DNA of 24,000 bases from Lachnospirales bacterium (lineage in GTDB: Bacteria; Bacillota; Clostridia; Lachnospirales; CAG-274), in assembly GCA_051892075.1 (NCBI GenBank), contig JBJFFW010000068.1, forward strand, positions 1 to 24,000, given 5' to 3'. The position numbers and the translations under genes are program-made. The notes under the pieces were generated by a model. That model ran no database searches. It was not told the origin of the DNA and saw only the letters and a list, made by a program, of their open reading frames with translations. This document shows positions 1 to 7,027 of this stretch, piece by piece (positions within the stretch are counted from its first letter, which is position 1; the number at the start of each line of letters is the position of its first letter).

Positions 1-275
1 TAAACCGATGAGGGAGAGTAAGTAGGTTTTATCAATGTCTTTCAGAGAGCTGCAAAAAGGTGGAATTGTGGCAGATACATAAAACTGAATGGACTTCCGA
101 GGGCAATCAGAAATAAATTTTATTTAGAGTATGTGCGACGGAGTGACTTTTCGTAAACAAAGTTAGTATATGTTAGTATACATTAAGTGGATGCAGTATA
201 TGCGTCAAGCCGGGTGGCACCGCAGGAAATATTATATCCTGTCCCAGCATTACAACTGGGACAGGATTTTTTTAT
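1..275 (+). promoter_or_regulatory. T-box leader (tRNA-sensing transcription attenuator), probable Trp specifier; the 5' end may be cut by the window edge
   Basis: The T-box elements appear in the canonical order. These are a GA/K-turn-like 'gatgag' (7-12), AG-bay 'agagag' (44-49), distal-loop 'ggtggaa' (59-65, GGUGNRA box) and candidate specifier 'gaa-TGG-a' (TGG at 90-92). The T-box sequence 'gggtggcaccgc' lies at 212-223. An intrinsic terminator follows: 12-bp stem atcctgtcccag (236-247) / ctgggacaggat (256-267), then a T7 run (267-273). The downstream gene is Trp-related. Confidence 0.85.
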
Positions 276-304
276 TTGTCCCAAGAAAGAAAGGAGACTA
301 TATT

Positions 305-1678
305 ATGTCAGAAAAAACAATACCTTACAAAATCTATCTTGAGGAATCAGAAATGCCAAAGGCTTGGTATAATATGCGCGCAGATATGAAAAACAAGCCG
401 GCTCCTCTTTTAAATCCGGGAACTTTAAAACCTATGACTGCTGAGGAGCTTTCAGGAGTATTTTGTGATGAGCTTATTAAGCAGGAGTTAGATGATGAAA
501 CTGCATATTTTGAAATTCCTGATGAAATTAAGGATTTTTATAAAATGTATCGTCCATCTCCTCTTGTAAGAGCTTATTGTCTTGAAAAGAAGTTACAGAC
601 TCCTGCCAAAATTTATTATAAATTTGAGGGCAACAACACAAGTGGAAGTCACAAGCTTAATTCTGCCATAGCTCAGGCTTACTATGCTAAAAAGCAGGGC
701 TTAAAAGGTGTTACAACAGAAACAGGTGCCGGTCAGTGGGGAACAGCTCTTTCTATGGCTTGTTCTTATTTTGACCTTGATTGTAAAGTGTATATGGTTA
801 AGGTTTCTTATGAACAAAAACCATTTAGACGAGAAGTTATGCGTACCTATGGTGCTTCTGTTACACCATCTCCATCTATGGAAACTGAAGTTGGCAAAAA
901 AATACTTGCTGAACACCCTGGCACAACAGGAAGTCTTGGCTGTGCAATTTCAGAGGCTGTAGAAAAGGCTGTAACTACAGAGGGTTATCGCTATGTTTTA
1001 GGAAGTGTTTTAAATCAGGTACTTCTTCATCAGTCAATTATAGGTCTTGAAACAAAGGCTGCCCTTGATAAATATAATATTAAGCCTGATATTATTATTG
1101 GCTGTGCCGGTGGTGGTTCAAATCTTGGCGGTTTAATTTCTCCATTTATGGGAGAAAAATTAAGAGGTGAGGCTGATTATAGAATTATTGCTGTTGAGCC
1201 TGCATCTTGCCCAAGTTTTACAAGAGGTAAATATGCTTATGACTTCTGTGATACAGGTATGGTTTGTCCTCTTGCAAAAATGTATACCCTTGGCAGCGGT
1301 TTTATTCCTGCTCCTAATCATGCTGGCGGTTTAAGATATCATGGTATGAGTTCTACACTTTCACAGCTCTATGCCGATGGTTTAATGGAGGCAACTTCTG
1401 TTCCTCAGACATCAGTTTTTGAAGCTGCCGAACAGTTTGCAAGAGTTGAGGGTATTCTTCCTGCTCCTGAAAGTTCTCATGCTATAAAAGTTGCCATTGA
1501 TGAGGCTATAAAGTGTAAGGAAACAGGAGAAGAAAAGACTATTGTCTTTGGTCTTACAGGCACAGGTTATTTTGATATGGTAGCTTATGAAAAATTCCAT
1601 GACGGTATTATGAGTGATTATATTCCAACTGACGAAGAAATTAAGGCAAATCTTGATAAACTTCCAAAGGTAGAGTAA
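305..1678 (+). CDS. TrpB2-class tryptophan synthase beta-like PLP-dependent enzyme (457 aa)
   Basis: ORF 170..1678 trimmed to ATG 305, which has AAGGAG at 291-296 and an 8-nt spacer. The upstream part of the ORF runs through the T-box and its terminator. Motifs seen: PLP-lysine context 'SGSHKLNSA' and glycine loop 'GCAGGGSNLGG'. The length and the N-terminal extension (MSEKTIPYKIYLEESEMPKAWYN...) are typical of TrpB2 rather than TrpB1. Confidence 0.9.
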   Translation: MSEKTIPYKIYLEESEMPKAWYNMRADMKNKPAPLLNPGTLKPMTAEELSGVFCDELIKQELDDETAYFEIPDEIKDFYKMYRPSPLVRAYCLEKKLQTPAKIYYKFEGNNTSGSHKLNSAIAQAYYAKKQGLKGVTTETGAGQWGTALSMACSYFDLDCKVYMVKVSYEQKPFRREVMRTYGASVTPSPSMETEVGKKILAEHPGTTGSLGCAISEAVEKAVTTEGYRYVLGSVLNQVLLHQSIIGLETKAALDKYNIKPDIIIGCAGGGSNLGGLISPFMGEKLRGEADYRIIAVEPASCPSFTRGKYAYDFCDTGMVCPLAKMYTLGSGFIPAPNHAGGLRYHGMSSTLSQLYADGLMEATSVPQTSVFEAAEQFARVEGILPAPESSHAIKVAIDEAIKCKETGEEKTIVFGLTGTGYFDMVAYEKFHDGIMSDYIPTDEEIKANLDKLPKVE

Positions 1679-1685
1679 TATTATA

Positions 1686-1722
1686 AAGGGACTTTGATAA
1701 ATTCGAAGTCCCTTATTTTTTT
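1686..1722 (+). terminator. Rho-independent terminator after the trpB2-like gene
   Basis: 9-bp stem aagggactt (1686-1694) / aagtccctt (1706-1714), followed by a T-run at 1716-1722. Confidence 0.8.
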
Positions 1723-1751
1723 AAGTTTATAAAATAAGTGGTAAATATTTG

Positions 1752-1780
1752 TTGACTAAACTTTGGATAAATATTAAAAT
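1752..1780 (+). promoter_or_regulatory. Candidate sigma-A promoter for the response-regulator/kinase genes
   Basis: -35 'ttgact' (1752-1757), a 17-nt spacer, then -10 'taaaat' (1775-1780). Confidence 0.4.
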
Positions 1781-1832
1781 ATTATATGTTAAGTTAAAAA
1801 ATATGAATAATTTTAAAAGAGATGATAATAAT

Positions 1833-2537
1833 ATGATAAAAATTGTAATATGTGATGATGAAGATATATACATACAAAAGGCTAAAGAAATTGTAAAAAA
1901 TATAGCTAATACGGAAATATGTAAATATAGTTGTGAAGAAAAATTGATTTCTGATATAAATAATAATTTAATTAGGGCAGATATTTATATTATTGATATA
2001 GAAATGCCTAAAGTAAGCGGTATGGAAATTGCAAGAATAATAAAAGAAAAATATGAAAATTCGGTTGTTATTTTTTTAACAAATTACGATAAATATGTTT
2101 TTGATGCTTTTGAGGTTAGTGCATTTAGATATATTCAAAAAAGTAAAATGAATGAAAAATTGCGTAAGGCAATAGAAGATGCCATAGTGCATATTGAAAA
2201 GATTAATAAGAATATATATATTACCCTTGGAGGAACAAGAACTCCCAACAGAAGAATAAAGTTAAATTCGATTATATCTATTGAAAAGGTTAATAAATAT
2301 GCTGAATTTCATATAAATGACGGTAGTCTTATTCGTGATAGAGATACATTGTCAAATGTATATGAAAAATTGAATTTTTCTTTTGTTGAAATAAGAAAAG
2401 GTGTAATTGTTAATATAGAACATATTAAATTATTTGACAGACAAAGGCTTGTTATGGATGATGGCAGTGTTCAATATATAAGCAGAGATAAATTAAAATT
2501 TGTAAAAGAGAAAATTATGAAGTTTTGGGGAGAATAG
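1833..2537 (+). CDS. LytTR-family (AgrA-like) response regulator, 234 aa
   Basis: ORF 1749..2537 trimmed to ATG 1833, giving MIKIVICDDE, the usual receiver N-terminus; ATG 1803 is an alternative. Receiver motifs: DDE acidic pocket, 'IIDIEMP' phospho-Asp context, 'FLTNY', 'YIQKS'. The C-terminal half (IKLNSIISIEK...EIRKGVIVNIEHIK...YISRDKL) reads as a LytTR DNA-binding domain. Confidence 0.85.
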   Translation: MIKIVICDDEDIYIQKAKEIVKNIANTEICKYSCEEKLISDINNNLIRADIYIIDIEMPKVSGMEIARIIKEKYENSVVIFLTNYDKYVFDAFEVSAFRYIQKSKMNEKLRKAIEDAIVHIEKINKNIYITLGGTRTPNRRIKLNSIISIEKVNKYAEFHINDGSLIRDRDTLSNVYEKLNFSFVEIRKGVIVNIEHIKLFDRQRLVMDDGSVQYISRDKLKFVKEKIMKFWGE

Positions 2538-2539
2538 TT

Positions 2540-3835
2540 ATGGTATTTTTTTTAGTTGAAATATTAGCTACTTACTTTGAAGGTTTAATATGTATGTTGG
2601 CATCTAAGGACTTGTTTTCAAAGGCAAAAGACAATAATATTATTAAAATTTTAATTTTGCCTTGTATATATACAATTATTATAACTTTATGTAATCAGAT
2701 TGCAGTAGTTTCACAATACAATTTACTTATTTCTGTTTGTGTATTGTCGGTTTTGGTATTACTTCTTTGGGGAAACAGGGTTATAGACTCTGTTATGATG
2801 GGAATATCTTATATGGAATTTATACTTATAATAGATATGTTCTTTATAAGTTTAATAAGTGTAATAACAAATGATTCCCAGTATGTAAATAAAATAATTG
2901 AATATTCAAATATTGAAAGAGTAGTATATATAATATTTATGAAAATAGTTCTTTTTACATCATATTTATTATTACATAAAAGATTGCAAAAGGTTGACTA
3001 TAAAATTATAGAAAAGCCTGCATATATAATTTCAGTAGTAATAGGCTTTATAATGGTAATTAAAATGATGGATATAATTATAGCTAATGATGCTAACTAT
3101 CTTAAAATAGGAATTGCAACCTTATTTGTTGCTATTGTCATAATTTTGGTTCTTGTAATGAATCTTACGGCAAGCCTTATAAAAAAGCAGGCTGAAATTG
3201 ACGGACAAATGTGTATAAATATGAAAAATGAAATTCTTGAGAAGAACCTTAAAAATATTAACAGTCTTTTTAAAGAAAATTCTAAAAGTTTTCATGAGTT
3301 TAAGCACCATATTGATGTATTAAATATGCTTCTTGAAGAAGAAAAATATGATAAAATGGGAGAATATCTTTCTGAAATTAATGTTGTAAGCAAATATGAA
3401 AATGAATATAAAACAGGTAATAAAATTATTGATATGGTGTTAAATATAGAGTATGACCGTATGAAAGATATGGGTATAAAGTTTAATACAGATATTGATA
3501 TTTCCGAAAACTTAAATGTCAGTGATACAGATATATGCAGTCTTTTGTCTAATTTGCTTGACAATGCAATAGAGGCAAATGAAAATAATGTTGATAAAAA
3601 TATTAATTTACATATAAAAACAAAGGGCAATATGTTAATTCTTTCTGTATCTAATCCTTGCAGTACAGACCCTTGTATTGATAATTTAACTTCTTCAAAA
3701 GAGGGAAACCATGGTTGGGGAGTAGAAATAATAAGAGATATTGCAAGAAAATATGATGGTGAGCTTATTATGGAATGGGAAAATAAAATTTTTACATCAA
3801 GAGTATTGCTTATAGAAAATAGGAGGGTTTATTAA
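2540..3835 (+). CDS. AgrC-like (HPK10 / GHKL-domain) membrane sensor histidine kinase, 431 aa
   Basis: ATG 2540 lies 2 nt after the regulator stop (2535-2537). The N-terminal ~200 aa form a polytopic hydrophobic sensor. Motifs: H-box 'FHEFKHHIDVL', N-box 'LLSNLLDNAIEA', G-box 'GWGVEIIRDIARKY'. Confidence 0.85.
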   Translation: MVFFLVEILATYFEGLICMLASKDLFSKAKDNNIIKILILPCIYTIIITLCNQIAVVSQYNLLISVCVLSVLVLLLWGNRVIDSVMMGISYMEFILIIDMFFISLISVITNDSQYVNKIIEYSNIERVVYIIFMKIVLFTSYLLLHKRLQKVDYKIIEKPAYIISVVIGFIMVIKMMDIIIANDANYLKIGIATLFVAIVIILVLVMNLTASLIKKQAEIDGQMCINMKNEILEKNLKNINSLFKENSKSFHEFKHHIDVLNMLLEEEKYDKMGEYLSEINVVSKYENEYKTGNKIIDMVLNIEYDRMKDMGIKFNTDIDISENLNVSDTDICSLLSNLLDNAIEANENNVDKNINLHIKTKGNMLILSVSNPCSTDPCIDNLTSSKEGNHGWGVEIIRDIARKYDGELIMEWENKIFTSRVLLIENRRVY

Positions 3836-3846
3836 AACTATTTGAG

Positions 3847-3909
3847 GTCCCTAACCATACGACTTAGGGACAATTTATTGAAAATTTTTGGGATTTATGT
3901 CATTATAAT
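3847..3909 (+). promoter_or_regulatory. Hairpin plus imperfect direct repeats and a -10 box upstream of the agrB-like gene; a possible LytTR-dependent promoter
   Basis: Hairpin gtccctaa (3847-3854) / ttagggac (3864-3871) with a 9-nt loop, lacking a clean U-tract. Direct repeats 'ttagggaca' (3864-3872) and 'tttgggatt' (3887-3895) start 23 nt apart. 'tataat' lies at 3904-3909. The functional interpretation is inference only. Confidence 0.3.
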
Positions 3910-3928
3910 ACACAGGGGGGACACCGAC

Positions 3929-4525
3929 TTGAGAAAATATTTGGAACGATTAAATATAAATTCTATTGCAGGCAAACTTTCAAAATATAGTCAATATAGT
4001 GAAAGTGTTTTGGTATTTTGCCTAAAGCTATGGTTATCTACAATTTTACAGTGTATCTGTATGATTGTTTTATCGGCTTTGTTCTTTGATGTGTCCTATT
4101 TTGTTGCTTTTTTCTGCGTATTTTTTATTACCAGATTAATGATTGAAGGGTATCATTGTAAGACATTTTTAGGGTGTTTTATATTAAGTAATATTATTTT
4201 TATATTGATTTGTGTTGCTGCAAATTTAACTGATACATATTATGTTTTAAAACAACCTGCATTTTTTGTAGAGCTTATATCAACGGTATATTTATTGTTT
4301 GTAAGTATAAGAAACAATTTGGATAAATTGCATACCAAATTAAGAGAAAAAATATACTTTGTATTAAGACCTGTGTGGTTGACTGTTGTTAGTGGCTATA
4401 TTGTTTTTAATACACTTGCAAATAATTTTGAATGTAGCGTGTATGTGTGGGTTATGCTCTATTCCTATTGTTTTGTATTTTTATTAACTATAATTAATGA
4501 AAGGAGAATGAAAAATGAAAGGTAA
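3929..4525 (+). CDS. agrB: AgrB-like autoinducer-processing membrane peptidase, 198 aa
   Basis: ORF 3842..4525 trimmed to TTG 3929, preceded by 'agggggg' (3914-3920) with an 8-nt spacer. The protein is polytopic. It carries the AgrB catalytic-region pattern R-x4-G-x-H-x-K-T-x2-G-C-x3-S in 'RLMIEGYHCKTFLGCFILS'. Its size matches AgrB (~190 aa), and a small AgrD-like ORF follows immediately. Confidence 0.8.
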   Translation: MRKYLERLNINSIAGKLSKYSQYSESVLVFCLKLWLSTILQCICMIVLSALFFDVSYFVAFFCVFFITRLMIEGYHCKTFLGCFILSNIIFILICVAANLTDTYYVLKQPAFFVELISTVYLLFVSIRNNLDKLHTKLREKIYFVLRPVWLTVVSGYIVFNTLANNFECSVYVWVMLYSYCFVFLLTIINERRMKNER

Positions 4526-4646
4526 GATAATGAGTTTTGTTACAATGTTTGTTGTAGCTATTTGTGTTTACGGACCAAATATCCCTTCAGGAGGATTTTC
4601 TTATTCACCTGAAATACCTGATGAAGTTAAAAATCTTAGAGGTTAA
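4515..4646 (+). CDS. agrD: AgrD-like cyclic autoinducing-peptide precursor, 43 aa (absent from the ORF track)
   Basis: ATG 4515 lies 8 nt after AAGGAG (4501-4506) and overlaps the agrB-like 3' end by 11 nt; the in-frame ATG at 4530 is an alternative. Translation: MKGKIMSFVTMFVVAICVYGPNIPSGGFSYSPEIPDEVKNLRG, stop TAA 4644-4646. It has a hydrophobic leader, a short core and an acidic Pro-rich tail, and it sits directly 3' of agrB. Confidence 0.7.
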   Translation: MKGKIMSFVTMFVVAICVYGPNIPSGGFSYSPEIPDEVKNLRG

Positions 4647-4720
4647 AATCTTTGGGTAAATAGAATGTATTTCTATTACTAACTTTGAAACATGTATTTA
4701 ACTTTAATATATGTATAATC

Positions 4721-4764
4721 ATACTAATTGGCACAAGTTCCTAGGAACTTGTGCCAATTAGTAT
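4721..4764. repeat. Perfect 44-bp palindrome; possible long-stem terminator or protein-binding site
   Basis: atactaattggcacaagttcctaggaacttgtgccaattagtat equals its own reverse complement, with a central CCTAGG. It lies 75 nt after the agrD stop. No U-tract follows immediately (atatatatggttttattt). Confidence 0.9.
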
Positions 4765-4810
4765 ATATATGGTTTTATTTACAATTAACAAATTAAAATC
4801 TATTTACTTG

Positions 4811-4836
4811 GTCTGTGAAAAATCACAGGCTTTTTT
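4811..4836 (+). terminator. Rho-independent terminator closing the agr module
   Basis: Stem gtctgtga (4811-4818) / tcacaggc (4823-4830) with one G-U pair and an aaaa loop, followed by a T6 run (4831-4836). Confidence 0.75.
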
Positions 4837-4928
4837 ATCTTAATTTTTAGCAAAACCTAAAAAACTGTTTATTTTTTGTAAAAAATGTAGTATAATTAAA
4901 ACACTATAACAAAATGGAGAGGTGTGCA

Positions 4929-5744
4929 GTGAATAAAGTAATAAAATTATTCAAAATATTATTTAATACCTTGTTTAGAGATAAGCTAATGTGGAGACTT
5001 GCAATAAATGATTTTAAGACAAAGTTTGCAGGCTCTTATTTTGGTATAATTTGGGCGTTCATTCAGCCTATTTGCACTATACTTGTGTTTTGGTTTGTGT
5101 TTCAGTTCGGTTTTAGAAGTCAGGATGTAGGTGATGTGCCTTTTATTTTGTGGTTTATGACAGGGCTTATTCCTTGGTTTTTCTTTTCAGAGGCTTGGAA
5201 TACTGCAACAAATGCTTTTATAGAATACAGTTATTTGGTTAAAAAGGTAGTTTTTAAAATTAATATACTGCCTCTTATTAAAATTATATCAGCTTTGTTT
5301 GTTCATTTGTTTTTTGTTTTGTTTATGCTGGCATTTTATTTTTTCTATGGTATTAAGTTTGATTTGTATGTTCTTCAGCTTTTATATTATGGAATATGTA
5401 TGTTAGTTCTTGTTGTGGTGCTTAGTTTTATTACAGCACCTTTAGTTGTGTTTTTTAAGGATTTAACACAGATTATGAATATAGTGTTGCAGTTTGGTAT
5501 GTGGCTTACTCCTATAATGTGGAATATAGACACTATGGAAATTTCTAATACTACCAAGTTTTTATTTAAGCTTAACCCTATGTATTATATTGTTCAGGGT
5601 TACAGGGACAGCCTTATTTATAAAAACATATTTTTCTTTAATATTAAGCAGACAATTTATTTTTGGCTTTTAATTGTAATATTTACTTTTGTAGGCTGTC
5701 ATATTTACAGAAAGCTTAAACCTCATTTTGCAGATGTTTTATAA
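4929..5744 (+). CDS. ABC-2 type glycopolymer export permease (TagG/Wzm-like)
   Basis: The preferred start is GTG 4929 because 'ggagag' sits 7 nt upstream; ATG 4914 has no SD. The sequence 'INDFKTKFAGSYFGIIWAFIQP' followed by six hydrophobic spans is typical of TagG/Wzm ABC-2 permeases. The partner ATPase gene starts 12 nt downstream. Confidence 0.85.
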   Translation: MNKVIKLFKILFNTLFRDKLMWRLAINDFKTKFAGSYFGIIWAFIQPICTILVFWFVFQFGFRSQDVGDVPFILWFMTGLIPWFFFSEAWNTATNAFIEYSYLVKKVVFKINILPLIKIISALFVHLFFVLFMLAFYFFYGIKFDLYVLQLLYYGICMLVLVVVLSFITAPLVVFFKDLTQIMNIVLQFGMWLTPIMWNIDTMEISNTTKFLFKLNPMYYIVQGYRDSLIYKNIFFFNIKQTIYFWLLIVIFTFVGCHIYRKLKPHFADVL

Positions 5745-5756
5745 AGGAGTTAGTTT

Positions 5757-7013
5757 ATGAGTGATATTTCGGTTAAGGTGGATAATCTTAGCAAAGTATA
5801 TAGATTGTATGAAAAGCCTATTGACAGATTAAAAGAATCTTTAAGCTTTACTAAAAAATGCTATCACAGGGAGCATTATGCCTTAAAAAATGTTTCTTTT
5901 GATATAAAAAAAGGTGAAACTGTAGGCATTATTGGTGTAAATGGTGCAGGAAAGAGTACAATTCTTAAAATAATTACAGGGGTATTAAATCCTACAAGTG
6001 GAAATATTACCGTAAATGGCAAAGTATCTGCTCTTTTAGAGCTTGGTGCCGGTTTTAATCCTGAATATTCAGGTATTGAAAATATATATCTTAATGGTAC
6101 TATGATGGGTTTTTCAAGAGAGGAAGTTGAAAAAAAGATTGATTCTATACTTGAATTTGCTGATATTGGAGATTTTATAAATCAGCCTGTTAAGACTTAT
6201 TCAAGTGGTATGTTTGTAAGACTTGCCTTTGCTGTAGCTATAAATATTGAGCCTGAAATACTTATTGTAGATGAGGCTTTAAGTGTTGGTGATGTATTTT
6301 TTCAAGCTAAGTGTTATAAGAAAATAAAGGAGCTTACAGGAAGGGCAACTGTTATTATTGTTTCTCACGATTTGAATGCTATGACTAAATTTTGTGAAAG
6401 AATTATAGTTATGTCAGATGGAAGAAATGTTTTTGATGGTGAACCTAATGAGGCTATTGTAAGATATTTTAAAATTAAGCAAGGCTCTATGAAAAAGAAT
6501 ATAGAACAAAAGAATGTTGATTTAAGTAGTTTTTCTCAGTACAGAACTCCTAAGGGAGAGGACTATAGTGGCAGATTAAATGTGGTAATTGAAAAATATT
6601 TTTATTCTGTAGATGGAGAGCCTTTTGCTGAAAGATGCCAAAAAGATGATGAATTTAAGTTTTCTATGTTAATAAATTCTAATATGCCTATAGAAAATCC
6701 TATTATTGGTTATCAGATAAGAGATAAATACGGAAATGAAGTATTTGGACAAACTTCCCTTACTTCAGATGTGGAACAGTTTGAAATTTCAAAGGGAAGA
6801 AATATTATTAATTTTAGTTTTGACTGGCCTGAAATAAGAGAGGGAGATTATTTTATTACCCTTGGAATTGGAAATGGTACAGAAGTTTTAAATCAGGTAG
6901 AGGAATGTTGGATAAATAATGCTGTTCATATTACGGCAACTACTCATGGTAAAACCATATTTGGTATTTTTAATCACAGTATGAAGGAATTTGAGATTAA
7001 TAAGATTAATTAA
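5757..7013 (+). CDS. Glycopolymer export ABC ATPase (TagH/Wzt-like) with a ~170-aa C-terminal extension resembling a Wzt-C substrate-binding domain
   Basis: RBS aaggag upstream. Motifs: Walker A 'GVNGAGKST', signature 'YSSGMFVRL', Walker B 'ILIVDEAL', H-loop 'VSHD'. Residues ~250-418 (e.g. 'IIGYQIRDKYGNEVFGQTS', 'GDYFITLGIG') look beta-rich and not NBD-like. This is the position where Wzt proteins carry their glycan-cap-binding module. Confidence 0.85.
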   Translation: MSDISVKVDNLSKVYRLYEKPIDRLKESLSFTKKCYHREHYALKNVSFDIKKGETVGIIGVNGAGKSTILKIITGVLNPTSGNITVNGKVSALLELGAGFNPEYSGIENIYLNGTMMGFSREEVEKKIDSILEFADIGDFINQPVKTYSSGMFVRLAFAVAINIEPEILIVDEALSVGDVFFQAKCYKKIKELTGRATVIIVSHDLNAMTKFCERIIVMSDGRNVFDGEPNEAIVRYFKIKQGSMKKNIEQKNVDLSSFSQYRTPKGEDYSGRLNVVIEKYFYSVDGEPFAERCQKDDEFKFSMLINSNMPIENPIIGYQIRDKYGNEVFGQTSLTSDVEQFEISKGRNIINFSFDWPEIREGDYFITLGIGNGTEVLNQVEECWINNAVHITATTHGKTIFGIFNHSMKEFEINKIN

Positions 7014-7027
7014 AGAAGGAATATAGT

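Noticed and set aside
170-304. N-terminal 45 codons of ORF 170..1678
   Set aside because: This stretch runs through the T-box sequence and the attenuator hairpin with its T7 run. It has no RBS, whereas ATG 305 has AAGGAG at the ideal distance. I treat it as leader RNA, not coding sequence.
701-1600. Short ORFs inside or antisense to trpB2 (701..916 -, 708..962 +, 1412..1600 -)
   Set aside because: They are embedded in a strongly supported conserved gene, lack RBSs and give low-complexity products.
3122-3630. Antisense ORFs within the kinase gene (3122..3310 -, 3292..3630 -)
   Set aside because: These are AT-rich antisense frames that naturally lack stop codons. They have no start context and their products are dominated by Phe, Ile, Ser and Leu.
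3842-3928. Upstream TTG-initiated extension of the AgrB-like ORF. Similar extensions occur at 1749-1832, 2525-2539, 11195-11224 and 14235-14258.
   Set aside because: The extensions lack Shine-Dalgarno support and add non-homologous residues. They also overlap the preceding gene or regulatory hairpins. The internal starts have good RBSs and give canonical N-termini.
4721-4764. The palindrome as the terminal inverted repeat of a mobile element
   Set aside because: The two arms are directly abutting, not separated by cargo. No transposase, integrase or target-site duplication is visible anywhere in the window.
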